42,307 nucleotides of DNA from Campylobacterota bacterium (GCA_051746405.1 JBNJFB010000020.1:1-42307), one strand, 5' to 3'. Positions 21,854 to 31,814 are shown, counted from the first letter of the stretch. Translations and numbers: made by a program. The notes: generated from the sequence alone by a model not told the origin.

Positions 21854-23656
21854 ATGGAACTAAAAAATAAGTCAATAGAGCAGCTAGAAGAGTTGTCACA
21901 AGATATTAGAGATAGGATTATTGATGTTGTTTCAAGAAAAGGTGGACACTTCTCATCAACACTAGGTGCAGTTGAATTAACTATAGGTATGCACTATGTT
22001 TTTGATGTGAATAAGGACCCTTTTATCTTTGATGTATCCCATCAGTGTTACCCTCATAAGTTATTGACAGGTAGATGGGAAGAGTTTGAGACAATTAGAC
22101 AGTATGGTGGACTAAGCGGTTTTACAAAACCAAAAGAATCACCTGCTGATTATTTTGTAGCAGGTCATTCATCAACTTCAATATCACTAGCTGTGGGTGC
22201 TGCTAAATCTATAAAACTAAAACAGCAAGATAGAACACCTGTGGTTATGATAGGCGATGGTTCAATGACAGCTGGAATGGTATATGAAGCATTAAATGAG
22301 TTAGGTGATTTAAAGCTACCTATTGTAATAATTTTAAATGATAATGAGATGTCAATAGCTAAACCAATTGGTGCTATTTCTAAGTATTTATCTAAACTTT
22401 TAGCTGGGAAATACTATCAAAGTTTCAAAGGAAGAGTTGATACTTTTATAAAGAAAAATATGCCAGAGGGAACTACTTACTTAGCAAAAAGAGTTGAAGA
22501 GGCCTTTAAATTAATAACTCCTGGAATTCTATTTGAAGAGATGGGAATTGATTATATAGGTCCAATAGATGGACATGATTTGTATGAAGTTCTAGATACA
22601 CTAAAAATAGCAAAAAGTATGAATAAGCCTGTAATAGTTCATGCAAGGACTATAAAAGGTAAAGGGTACAAAGCTGCAGAGGGTCAACTTGAGCATTGGC
22701 ATGGGGTTGGTCCTTTTAATGTGGAAGATGGAGCATTTGTAAAAAAAGAGGCTCCAAAAGCTGCAACAGCTGTTTATGCAGATGCCTTAAAAGAGATAGC
22801 ATGTAAACATGAAAATGTAGTTGGTGTAACTGCTGCAATGCCAAGTGGTACAGGTATTGATAAGTTAATGCAGAAGTTTCCCCATAGATTTTGGGATGTG
22901 GCAATAGCAGAACAACATGCAGTAACATCAATGGCAGCTATGGCAAAAGAAGGCTTTAAGCCATTTATTACTATCTATTCTACTTTTTTGCAAAGAGGCT
23001 TTGATCAAATTATTCATGATGTTTCACTTATGAGTCTACCTGTTGTATTTGCAATAGATAGAGCAGGAATTGTGGGTAATGATGGGGAGACCCATCAAGG
23101 AACATTTGATATTTCATATTTGAGGTTTATTCCAGGAATGACACTTTTTGCACCAAGGGATAATGATTCATTAAATTTTGCAGTGCAGTTTGCATATGAG
23201 ATGAAAACACCTTGTGCTTTTAGGTATCCAAGGGGTGCATTTATAAAAACAAAGTATAAGTCCAAACCTTTTAGATATGGTAAATCTCAACTCTTAAAAG
23301 AGGGTAAATCAAAAAAACTATTTATAGGTTATGGTGCAGCTGTTGGAAAAGCATGTAAGACTGAAGAGTTACATAAAGATGATATTGCAATATTGGATTT
23401 AAGGTTTGTAAAACCCCTTGACAAAGAGATGTTAAAAGAGCTTGCATCAAAATATACTGATTGGTATGTTTTTAGTGACTCACAAAAACAAGGTGGCGTT
23501 AGTAGTGCAATATTAGAGTTTTTAAATGAGCAAAGAGTATATATTAATCTAACATCATTTGAGTATGATGATTATTTCATTTATCATGGGGAGACAAAAA
23601 AAGTTGAAGAGTCTTTAGAACTATTGCCCGAACAGTTAGTTAAAAGAGTAAAATAA
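21854..23656 (+). CDS. dxs: 1-deoxy-D-xylulose-5-phosphate synthase
   Basis: GGHFSSTLG, FDVSHQCYPHK, GDGSMTAG..NDN, IAEQHAV and DGETHQG. Confidence 0.97.
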   Translation: MELKNKSIEQLEELSQDIRDRIIDVVSRKGGHFSSTLGAVELTIGMHYVFDVNKDPFIFDVSHQCYPHKLLTGRWEEFETIRQYGGLSGFTKPKESPADYFVAGHSSTSISLAVGAAKSIKLKQQDRTPVVMIGDGSMTAGMVYEALNELGDLKLPIVIILNDNEMSIAKPIGAISKYLSKLLAGKYYQSFKGRVDTFIKKNMPEGTTYLAKRVEEAFKLITPGILFEEMGIDYIGPIDGHDLYEVLDTLKIAKSMNKPVIVHARTIKGKGYKAAEGQLEHWHGVGPFNVEDGAFVKKEAPKAATAVYADALKEIACKHENVVGVTAAMPSGTGIDKLMQKFPHRFWDVAIAEQHAVTSMAAMAKEGFKPFITIYSTFLQRGFDQIIHDVSLMSLPVVFAIDRAGIVGNDGETHQGTFDISYLRFIPGMTLFAPRDNDSLNFAVQFAYEMKTPCAFRYPRGAFIKTKYKSKPFRYGKSQLLKEGKSKKLFIGYGAAVGKACKTEELHKDDIAILDLRFVKPLDKEMLKELASKYTDWYVFSDSQKQGGVSSAILEFLNEQRVYINLTSFEYDDYFIYHGETKKVEESLELLPEQLVKRVK

Positions 23657-23775
23657 GATAAAAAGTCTCTTGTTTTATAAGTAAAATTTATGAACTATTA
23701 TAAGTAAAACATATAACTTAATTTTCTTTTAATAAAAATTCTCTTAAAATAGTCATTACACTAAAAAAAGGAGAT

Positions 23776-24801
23776 GTGATGAAGTTAATATCGTCATTAG
23801 TTTTAAGTTCAGCCGTGGTAAGTAGTCTTTTTGCAACAGATTTATTAGATAGAGTAAAGAGTAGTGGTATAGAGCCTATTCCTCAAAATAAAACAGAACT
23901 TTACAAAATCATAGATAGTAAAGATAATCCAATTACTGATAAAAAAGTAGAGTTAGGTAAAAAACTATACTTTGATCCAAGAATCTCAAAAAGTGGTCTT
24001 ATCTCATGTAATACTTGTCACAACTTAGGTTTAGGTGGTGCAGATGGAATTAGTGCTGCAATTGGTCATGGATGGACTAAAAACCCTCATCACTTAAACT
24101 CTCCAACAGTTTATAATTCGGCATTTTTTAAAGCTCAGTTTTGGGATGGAAGAAGTCCTCACTTAGCTGACCAAGCACAAGGCCCAGTTCAAGCAGGTCC
24201 TGAAATGGCAGCACCTCCAACATTAGTAGAGGATAGAATTAACTCAATTCCTGCATATGTAAATGAGTTTAAAAATACATATGGAACTGATGTAAAAATT
24301 GATTTTGAAAAAATCACTTCTACAATTGCAGTATTTGAAAAGATATTAGTAACTCCTTCAAGATTTGATGAGTTTATGCATGGTGATAAAGATGCACTTT
24401 CAAGTGAAGAGAAAGAGGGACTAAAAGTATTTATGGATAAAGGGTGTGCTTCATGTCATAACGGAATTGCACTAGGTGGTACAATGCAACCTTTTGAAAT
24501 AGCAGCTAAATATAAATTTTCTAATATAGGTGATTTTAAAGGGAATGAAGATGGAATGGTTAAAACTCCTACTTTAAGAAACATTACAGAAACAGCACCA
24601 TATTTCCATAATGGTCAAGTTTGGTCATTAAACGAAGCAGTAAAAGAGATGGGTTCTACTCAATTAGGTATTAAAATATCAAATAGTGATGCAGATAAAA
24701 TTGTAACATTCTTAAAAGCATTAGAGGGAGAAAAACCAGAAATTACTTATCCTCAACTGCCAGCATCTACAATAGATACCCCAAAACCTTCATCTGATTA
24801 A
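23776..24801 (+). CDS. ccp: Di-haem cytochrome c peroxidase
   Basis: Signal peptide, two CxxCH motifs (CNTCH, CASCH), QFWDGR and PTLRNITETAPYFHNG. Confidence 0.92.
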   Translation: MMKLISSLVLSSAVVSSLFATDLLDRVKSSGIEPIPQNKTELYKIIDSKDNPITDKKVELGKKLYFDPRISKSGLISCNTCHNLGLGGADGISAAIGHGWTKNPHHLNSPTVYNSAFFKAQFWDGRSPHLADQAQGPVQAGPEMAAPPTLVEDRINSIPAYVNEFKNTYGTDVKIDFEKITSTIAVFEKILVTPSRFDEFMHGDKDALSSEEKEGLKVFMDKGCASCHNGIALGGTMQPFEIAAKYKFSNIGDFKGNEDGMVKTPTLRNITETAPYFHNGQVWSLNEAVKEMGSTQLGIKISNSDADKIVTFLKALEGEKPEITYPQLPASTIDTPKPSSD

Positions 24802-24828
24802 GGTTATGTACCTTTAGAGATAATAGCT

Positions 24829-25374
24829 CTAAAGGTATGGAAATAGTTTCTCTACACAAAGTCCCATTGCACATGATTCATATCCTTTTACATTTTTTAT
24901 ATATGGCTTACAAAAACCTTCAACCATAATAGCACCTGCTTTTCCAAAGCATTCACCCGAATTAATATACTCATTCATATGAGCTTTATCAAACTCTTTA
25001 AACTCATAAGAAGTAATACTTATATCAATAAGCTCTAACTTTTTTGATTTATATATCATACAAGTAATAACAGAAGTTTTGTTTGCACTTTGAAGTTCAA
25101 GCATGGCTTTTGCATCTTCTTTATCTTTTGCTTTTCTAAGTAGTTGGTTATTTGCTGTTACAACCGAATCTGCAACCAGTAAGGGCATATCTTCAATACC
25201 ATATTTTTTATATAGTTCATTAAACTTACCCTTTGTTGCTTCATAACAAAAAGATTTCGGGTCTTTTGTAGTTATTGAGTCTTCATCAAAACCACCTCCA
25301 TTTTGAATAAAATCAATATTAAACTTATCTAGTAGAAGTGCTCTTGTTTTTGAGTTTGAACCTAATCGAATCAA
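24829..25374 (-). CDS. maf: Maf nucleotide pyrophosphatase
   Basis: LGSNSKTR, FDED, ADSVV..K and GKAGA..MGL. Confidence 0.92.
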   Translation of the reverse strand: MIRLGSNSKTRALLLDKFNIDFIQNGGGFDEDSITTKDPKSFCYEATKGKFNELYKKYGIEDMPLLVADSVVTANNQLLRKAKDKEDAKAMLELQSANKTSVITCMIYKSKKLELIDISITSYEFKEFDKAHMNEYINSGECFGKAGAIMVEGFCKPYIKNVKGYESCAMGLCVEKLFPYL

Positions 25375-25453
25375 GTTATGCCTTTTTTATTTTATTTATA
25401 CTCTATTTATATATAATAAGATTTATAAAATAGTGTTTAAATAGAGGAATAAA

Positions 25454-26407
25454 ATGAATATTGTAATTGTAGGACCAGGTGGAATAGGTGGTTTTTATGG
25501 AATGATTTTACATAGTGTTGGATGCAATGTAAAGTTTATAGCAAGAGGTGAGACTTTAGAGTATTTAAAAAGTAACAAGATGAAAGTAACCCATGAAAAT
25601 TATAAAATTGAAGATAAAATTGATACTTATGATATAAAAGATTTTGTAAGCAGATATAAACCAAATGAAATAGATGCAATTTTTATTGCTACTAAGTCAA
25701 TGAGTACGCAGCTTATTACAAAAGAGTTAGCTTTATGGATAAAAGATTGTGAAACACCTCCTTATTATATATCTTTACAAAATGGAGTAGAAAATGAAGA
25801 TATTATGGAAAAGTACTATAATAAAAACTTTGTAATAGGAGGGCTTACTAGATTGATTGTTTCACATACTGTAAGTTTAGGTCATGTACATTGTAAGGGC
25901 GAAGTTCAAACCTTAATGGGAGCAGTTTATAAAAATAAAAGAAGTAGTGAATTTTTAGATAAATTAAAACAGATACTAGATAAAACATCCACAACAACTA
26001 TTTTATGTGAAGATATAAAAAAAGAGTTATGGAATAAACTGATAATAAACAATGGGGTAAATGCTATTTGTGCACTACTTGAAGAAGAATCAGGGGTGCT
26101 TTTAGAAAATAAAAAAACCTCAAAACTAATCCATAATCTCATGAAAGAAGCAGCAGTTGCATCTAATGCAGTTGGAGTTAATTTAACCCAAGAAGATGCA
26201 GATAAAATGTATGAATTAATGAAAAGTTTTCAATCTGTTAAACCTTCAATGTGGGTTGATAAAGAGAATAATAGAGATTTAGAGCTTGATGATATTTGTG
26301 GTGTAGTAATAAAAAACTGTGAAAAACAAGGAGTTGATGCTGCATATACAAGAACTATAGCTACAGCTTTGGAGTTTTCATATAATAAAAATAGAATGAA
26401 AATTTAA
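25454..26407 (+). CDS. panE: Ketopantoate reductase family protein
   Basis: GPGGIGG, ATKS, LQNGVEN, WNKLIIN and SMWVD...ELD. Confidence 0.8.
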   Translation: MNIVIVGPGGIGGFYGMILHSVGCNVKFIARGETLEYLKSNKMKVTHENYKIEDKIDTYDIKDFVSRYKPNEIDAIFIATKSMSTQLITKELALWIKDCETPPYYISLQNGVENEDIMEKYYNKNFVIGGLTRLIVSHTVSLGHVHCKGEVQTLMGAVYKNKRSSEFLDKLKQILDKTSTTTILCEDIKKELWNKLIINNGVNAICALLEEESGVLLENKKTSKLIHNLMKEAAVASNAVGVNLTQEDADKMYELMKSFQSVKPSMWVDKENNRDLELDDICGVVIKNCEKQGVDAAYTRTIATALEFSYNKNRMKI

Positions 26408-26416
26408 TTTTTCATC

Positions 26417-27484
26417 CTATTTATTAATATACTCTACTATAATATCTCCCATTTGTGAAGTACTTAAAACTTCTTTTGCATCAAAAGATGCTAAATCCTT
26501 GGTTCTATAACCATCTTTTAACACATTTTTAATAGCTTGTTGTATGATGTTTGCAGCTTTTTGTTCATTTAAAGAGTATTTTAGCATCATAGCCGCACTC
26601 TCAATAGTAGCAATTGGATTTGCAATTCCAAGTCCTGCTATATCAGGTGCTGAACCATGAATTGGTTCATAAACAGCTGTTTTTATACCAGTTGAAGCAC
26701 TTGGAAGAAGACCAATTGAGCCTACTACCATTGAGGCTGTATCACTTAAAATATCTCCAAAAATATTTCCTGTAACTATCACATCAAACTGTTTAGGGTT
26801 TCTAACTAGTTGCATGGCTGCGTTATCCACATACATATGAGTTAACTCAACCTCTGGATAATTCTTTGATAACTCAATTATTGTTGCCCTCCAAAGTTGT
26901 GATACTTCTAAAACATTTGATTTGTCAACAGAACATAATCTTTTATCTCTTTTCATTGCTAGTTCAAAGGCTGTTTTCCCAATTCTTTGGATTTCCTCTT
27001 TTGTATAAATCATAGTATTAAAAGCTTTGTCTCCATTATTTTGCCTTGGCTGGCCAAAGTAAATACCTCCGATTAACTCCCTTACAACCATAATATCACA
27101 GCCTTTGATAATCTTAGGCTTTAGTGTTGAAGCATTTATAAGTTCATCATAAACTAAAGCAGGCCGTAAGTTAGCATAAACTCCTAATTCTTCTCTAAAC
27201 TTTAAAAGTCCAGACTCAGGTCTTAGGTGTCTTGGAAAATTATCCCATTTCTTTCCACCAATTGCACCAAATAAACAAGCATGGGATTTCAAAACTCCAT
27301 CAATAGTCTCTTTTGGAAGAGGGTGACCTATTTTATCAATGGCAATACCACCCATTAAATACTCTTTATACTCTAAGCTAAAGCCACATTTCTTACTAAC
27401 AGCATTTAAAACTTTTACTGCTTCATTTATAATCTCAACACCAATTCCATCACCTTTAATAAGTGAAATATCATATTTTTTCAT
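26417..27484 (-). CDS. leuB: 3-isopropylmalate dehydrogenase
   Basis: GDGIG, NLRP, RELIGGIYFG, VDKSNVL, NIFGDILSD, LPSAS and EPIHGSAPDIAG. Confidence 0.92.
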   Translation of the reverse strand: MKKYDISLIKGDGIGVEIINEAVKVLNAVSKKCGFSLEYKEYLMGGIAIDKIGHPLPKETIDGVLKSHACLFGAIGGKKWDNFPRHLRPESGLLKFREELGVYANLRPALVYDELINASTLKPKIIKGCDIMVVRELIGGIYFGQPRQNNGDKAFNTMIYTKEEIQRIGKTAFELAMKRDKRLCSVDKSNVLEVSQLWRATIIELSKNYPEVELTHMYVDNAAMQLVRNPKQFDVIVTGNIFGDILSDTASMVVGSIGLLPSASTGIKTAVYEPIHGSAPDIAGLGIANPIATIESAAMMLKYSLNEQKAANIIQQAIKNVLKDGYRTKDLASFDAKEVLSTSQMGDIIVEYINK

Positions 27485-27501
27485 ATTTTTATCCTTACTA
27501 T

Positions 27502-28296
27502 TTAAATTGCACTTTGAACTACACCAGCATCGGCTCTTAAAACTGCACCATTTGTAGCACTAGATAGTGTACTTGCTGTATAAACAATCATATTTGATAC
27601 TTCTTCAACTTCCGTAAATCTTTTAAGTAGAGATGTTGGTCTTATATTTTTAAAAAAGTCTTCTTGCATTTGTTCAAAAGTAAAGTTCATCTGTTTTGCA
27701 TACTCATCTAAAAAAGCTGTAACGCCTTCTGATTTTGTAGGTCCTATTATTATAGAGTTTGAAGTTACATTTGTGCCAGTAGTAAGCTCTGCTATTCCTC
27801 TAGCAACTGATAGTTGAGCAGTTTTACTCATACCATAATGAATCATCTCTTTTGGTATTTGATAAGCAGATTCACTTGAAACAAAAATAACTCTTCCCCA
27901 GTTTTGCTCTAACATAGAAGGTAGGTAAGCTTGAGAGAGTCTTACTCCGCTCATTATATTTGTATTAAACATTTTAAGCCAATCATCTTCCTCTAAATTT
28001 ATAAACTCTTTTGGTTCAAATATCCCAAGATTATTGATTAAAATATCTACTTTTGGTAGTTGCTTAGTTAATTTATCACAGCCTTCTTTTGAAGATAAAT
28101 TGGCAACTATACCTTCTACTTTTGCATTTTTATTATGAGCTTTAATCTTTTTGATAGCATCTTGAATATTTTGTTCGCTTCTTCCATTTATATATACATA
28201 AGCCCCCTCATCACATAGTTTTTTAGCAGTTGCAAAACCAACTCCTAAAGTTGAACCTGTAATAAGGGCAGTTTTATTTTCTAATTTTAAATCCAT
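27502..28296 (-). CDS. Classical SDR oxidoreductase
   Basis: TGSTLGVG, DILINNLG and the YGMSK catalytic YxxxK. Confidence 0.9.
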   Translation of the reverse strand: MDLKLENKTALITGSTLGVGFATAKKLCDEGAYVYINGRSEQNIQDAIKKIKAHNKNAKVEGIVANLSSKEGCDKLTKQLPKVDILINNLGIFEPKEFINLEEDDWLKMFNTNIMSGVRLSQAYLPSMLEQNWGRVIFVSSESAYQIPKEMIHYGMSKTAQLSVARGIAELTTGTNVTSNSIIIGPTKSEGVTAFLDEYAKQMNFTFEQMQEDFFKNIRPTSLLKRFTEVEEVSNMIVYTASTLSSATNGAVLRADAGVVQSAI

Positions 28297-28325
28297 ACTA
28301 ATACCTCTTTTTAAAAAATAGAGAT

Positions 28326-28358
28326 ATTTTAGTAGAATTTAATCGTATTATTATCGCA
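28326..28358 (-). promoter_or_regulatory. Tandem-repeat activator box plus -10 upstream of SDR-leuB
   Basis: Minus strand reads TGCGA-taataa-TACGA-ttaaattctac-TAAAAT, the same spacing as the dmpK and dmpQ promoters. Confidence 0.7.
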
Positions 28359-28364
28359 GTTTAT

Positions 28365-29123
28365 TTAAAACAGTTCTATCTTATAGCCTGAGTTATTTTG
28401 ATTGATAATTAAGTCTTTATGTACTTTATTCCTAAGTCTAAATAAAACTGATCTAAAAGCAGCATAACCAGCAGGTTCATCTTGCCAAATCGCATACTCC
28501 ATTTGTTCTTGAGATACAAACTGTCCAGCACTTCTACAAAGTAAGTCAATGATTTTTTTCTCTTTTGCTGTTAGTTTTATAGGTTCATCGCCATAGTATA
28601 AAACCTCAGTCTCTTTATCATAAAGATAACCATATTTAAGTTGTATTGTTCTATGGTTTTGCTCTTTGTTTAATGATAATTGATGCTCTAAGGTCTTATT
28701 TATATTTTCTACTGCATTAAGCTTCTTATTTTTTTTATTATCCTCTTTTGCTTTACTAAGAGCTACTTCAATAGCAGCATGAAGACTCTGTTTCTTATAT
28801 GGTTTGATTATATATCCATATGCCAAAGTTTCTGAAGCCTCTTTAATTGTTTTTATTTCAGAATTAGCAGTTAAAAAAACTACAGGAGTATATGGTATTG
28901 AGCTTTTTAACTCTTTAGTAAGTTCAATTCCTGTGGTTGGACCCTTTAAATATATATCCATTAAGATCAAATCAGGATTAGCCCCTTTTTCTAATAGTGC
29001 TAAAGTTTTACACCTATTTGGAGTAATTCCAGTTACTTTATATCCTAACTCCATAAGTGTCTCTTTTAAATTTAGTGCAATTATTGACTCATCTTCAACA
29101 ATTAAAATTTCAGTCTTACTCAT
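28365..29123 (-). CDS. Response regulator, REC plus OmpR/PhoB-type winged helix
   Basis: ILIVEDE, DLILMDI, FLTA and YIIKP in the receiver. C-terminal IKLTAKEKKIIDLL..VSQEQMEYAIW..LFRLRNK..GYK. Confidence 0.9.
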   Translation of the reverse strand: MSKTEILIVEDESIIALNLKETLMELGYKVTGITPNRCKTLALLEKGANPDLILMDIYLKGPTTGIELTKELKSSIPYTPVVFLTANSEIKTIKEASETLAYGYIIKPYKKQSLHAAIEVALSKAKEDNKKNKKLNAVENINKTLEHQLSLNKEQNHRTIQLKYGYLYDKETEVLYYGDEPIKLTAKEKKIIDLLCRSAGQFVSQEQMEYAIWQDEPAGYAAFRSVLFRLRNKVHKDLIINQNNSGYKIELF

Positions 29124-30423
29124 AGCTACCCTCCTCCTTTTTTAAAAAAATTACATTGCACTCTAATCCATTATTATTCTTAAATTCAATAGTTCCATCT
29201 AATTGGTCTTCAATTATTGAATGTATTAGCTGCATTCCAATGGATTCGCTTTTATATAAAGAATCAATGTCTTTTAATCCATCACCATTATCTCTAATTT
29301 TTAAATGTATATTGTTATTAGGGATCTCTTTTATATGAATACATAAAAGATTATCTCTATACTCTTTAAATGCATACTTTAAAGAGTTTACACAAAGTTC
29401 ATGAAGAACCATTCCTATTTGAATACATCTATTTGTTGAAAAGTGCAAGTTATCTATATTTAAATCCACATTTAAAGTAGTATTTTGAGATATATACAGC
29501 TCTTTTATATCATCAATAAGTCTGCTAATATATTTTTTTAGATTAATATAAGCTAAGTTCTCTCCTAAGTACAAGAATTCATGCACTAAAGCCATTGTAT
29601 GAATTCTACTTCTACTTTGCTGTAGTATATAAATCATATCTTTATCAATAGTTCTTCTTTCTTGCATATTTAATAAAGATGAGATTATCTCCATATTATT
29701 TTTTACTCTATGGTGAATCTCTTTTAGTAAGATATCTTTCTCTTCAACAGATTTTTGTAGTTCTTGATTCATTTTAGTTATTTTTGTTCTATATGCTTGT
29801 CTTTGAGTCATATCTCTAGCAAAAGCACATATATACTCATGTCCATTATGAGTAAAGCCATGTCCTGAAACTTCCACAGGAAAAATTGTTCCATCTTTTC
29901 TAACCTGAGTTGTTTCTAGTCTCCAGTTTTTGTTATTATAGATATTTTGCATACACTCTTTTGCTGTATCACGGTTAAAATTAGGATCCATATCTTCTAA
30001 ATACATTTGGTTTAAAAACTCATCTTTAGTTCTACCTATCATTTTACATGCAGCTTCATTTACATAAATAAATTTTGCATCTAGTGTAAACCAATATATA
30101 GCATCAATTGAGTTGTTTAAAGCAAACTCATAAGGTACAAGCCTCTCTTTATCTTTATTTTTTAAATCTATATAAGAGTTTTCAATTCTTAATTTAACTT
30201 TTTGCATATGGTTTAATATAATAAAGATTATTATACCTGTTGTTATTAAAAAGATTAATGCAAAAGTTAGGGGACCTTCATTGCTTAAAGAGTGGTATTT
30301 TGAAAACTCTGTTGCTAGCTTATCAATAGTTAAAACTCCAATTAAACCAATTATAAAGTAAGATAATGAAAACTTTGTAGGAAAGTATTTTCTATTAATT
30401 ATACTATTAATAATATTTCTCAT
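29116..30423 (-). CDS. Membrane sensor histidine kinase, PAS plus HisKA_2/HATPase
   Basis: Two N-terminal TM helices, PAS (YVNEAACKMIG..RKDGTIFPVEV..ARD), H-box LKEIHHRVKNN, ELCVNSLKYAF, DNGDG and SIGMQLI. Confidence 0.92.
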   Translation of the reverse strand: MRNIINSIINRKYFPTKFSLSYFIIGLIGVLTIDKLATEFSKYHSLSNEGPLTFALIFLITTGIIIFIILNHMQKVKLRIENSYIDLKNKDKERLVPYEFALNNSIDAIYWFTLDAKFIYVNEAACKMIGRTKDEFLNQMYLEDMDPNFNRDTAKECMQNIYNNKNWRLETTQVRKDGTIFPVEVSGHGFTHNGHEYICAFARDMTQRQAYRTKITKMNQELQKSVEEKDILLKEIHHRVKNNMEIISSLLNMQERRTIDKDMIYILQQSRSRIHTMALVHEFLYLGENLAYINLKKYISRLIDDIKELYISQNTTLNVDLNIDNLHFSTNRCIQIGMVLHELCVNSLKYAFKEYRDNLLCIHIKEIPNNNIHLKIRDNGDGLKDIDSLYKSESIGMQLIHSIIEDQLDGTIEFKNNNGLECNVIFLKKEEGSYE

Positions 30424-30449
30424 ATTGAACTCTTTTTTTATTTTTATGA

Positions 30450-30458
30450 ATTATAGCA
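30450..30458 (-). promoter_or_regulatory. Extended -10 sigma70 promoter of the two-component operon
   Basis: TGCTATAAT on the minus strand, about 27 nt upstream of the kinase ATG. Confidence 0.65.
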
Positions 30459-30482
30459 AATTTAGAAATAACTATCTTTTAT

Positions 30483-30515
30483 TGCGATAATTTTGCGATT
30501 TTTTTCCATTAAGAT
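30483..30515 (+). promoter_or_regulatory. Tandem-repeat activator box plus -10 of dmpKLMNOP
   Basis: TGCGA-taattt-TGCGA-tttttttccat-TAAGAT. Confidence 0.75.
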
Positions 30516-30556
30516 TCAAATTGAATTAAAAATTCATAATTGAAAAGGTTAGTGTT

Positions 30557-30805
30557 ATGGTTGATGAATCACCTTTTAAGAGAAAATATGTGCATATTAC
30601 TGATATTAAATCAAATGATTTAGTTGAGTTTGATTTTTCTATTGGTGATCCATGTATGTATGTTGAACTTGCATTGCCCAAAAAGCAATTTGATGAGTTT
30701 TGTAAGATAAATGCAGTAAAGCATTTAACTAAAGAACAAGAGATTGATGTAGAAAACGACAAGCATAAATGGCAGTATGGTGTTGTTGGTACATTAAGTA
30801 AATAA
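30557..30805 (+). CDS. dmpK: Phenol hydroxylase assembly subunit P0
   Basis: KYVHI..VEFDFSIGDP.MYVELALP..FDEFC..N..W.YG; first gene of the cluster. Confidence 0.92.
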   Translation: MVDESPFKRKYVHITDIKSNDLVEFDFSIGDPCMYVELALPKKQFDEFCKINAVKHLTKEQEIDVENDKHKWQYGVVGTLSK

Positions 30806-30818
30806 AGGAGTTGAAAAT

Positions 30819-31814
30819 ATGTCTTTAGATATAAAAAGTATAGATATTAAACCAAAAAGGGAAACCTTTGGTCATGTTGAAAGAAGAATTGGTGAGGGTA
30901 AAATGGCTTCAAGATATGAGGAAGCAACCTTTGATATTCAACCAGTGGAAAATTTCCATTATAGACCTTTAGCAAATCCAAAATATAGATTGTATGATGA
31001 AGATAAAACAAAAATAAAAATGGAAGATTGGTATAAGTTTTTAGACCCAAGGCAGTATCACTACTCTTCTTATGTTATGGCTAGAGCAAAGCAACAAGAA
31101 GTGGCTGAACAGAATTTTGTTTTTGTTGAAAAAAGAGATATGTTAAGTGTTATGCCAGAGGATATAAAACAGGAGATTTTAGACTATGTACTACCACTTA
31201 GACACTATGAGTGGGGAGCTAACATGAATAATCTCCAATTATGTTCCGAAGGTTATGGTGCAGCTATTACAAATACATTTATGTTCCATGCAGAAGATAG
31301 ATTAGGAAATGCTCAGTATCTTACAAGAATAGCTCTTTTACTTAGTGAAAATAATCCAGCAGTTTTAGATAGTGCGAAAAATAAGTGGTTAAATGATGAA
31401 TCATGGCAACCACTTAGAAAAGCTATGGAAGATAGCTTTGTTTTACAAGACTGGTTTGAACTTCATATTGCACAAAATGTAATTTTAGATGGTTTTATTC
31501 ATCCTTTAGTATTTAATAAATATGAACAAGAGTTAAATCAAAGAGGTGGAACCGCTCAAACTATGATGACTGAATTTATTACAGCTTGGAATGAAGAGTG
31601 TGCAAGATGGATTGATATGACAATAAAAGTTGCAGCTTTAGAGTCTGATGAGAATAAACAGTTATTAAATCAATGGTGTGAAAAATATATTGAAATAGCA
31701 AGTCAAGCAGCTTTAGCAATTGCTAGAAATCTAGTTTCAAATCCACAAGAAGTAGTTGATAGCATACAAGAAGAGTTAGTAGCAAGATTAAATAAAAATG
31801 GTTTAAACCTATAG
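30819..31814 (+). CDS. dmpL: Phenol hydroxylase beta subunit P1
   Basis: SRYEEATFDIQP.ENFHYRP, DWYKFLDPRQ, PLRHYEWGANMNN and DWFE. Confidence 0.95.
   Translation: MSLDIKSIDIKPKRETFGHVERRIGEGKMASRYEEATFDIQPVENFHYRPLANPKYRLYDEDKTKIKMEDWYKFLDPRQYHYSSYVMARAKQQEVAEQNFVFVEKRDMLSVMPEDIKQEILDYVLPLRHYEWGANMNNLQLCSEGYGAAITNTFMFHAEDRLGNAQYLTRIALLLSENNPAVLDSAKNKWLNDESWQPLRKAMEDSFVLQDWFELHIAQNVILDGFIHPLVFNKYEQELNQRGGTAQTMMTEFITAWNEECARWIDMTIKVAALESDENKQLLNQWCEKYIEIASQAALAIARNLVSNPQEVVDSIQEELVARLNKNGLNL

Noticed and set aside
30514..30537. ATTCAA-A-TTGAAT palindrome and TGAATT-AAA-AATTCA near the dmpK start as an FNR-like site
   Set aside because: It does not match TTGAT-N4-ATCAA spacing, and such AT-only palindromes are common at this composition.
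30424..30556. Sigma54 (-24/-12) promoter for dmpK, suggested by the TTGC words
   Set aside because: Neither TTGC has a GG at the required GG-N10-GC distance. The words are better explained as the tandem TGCGA repeats.
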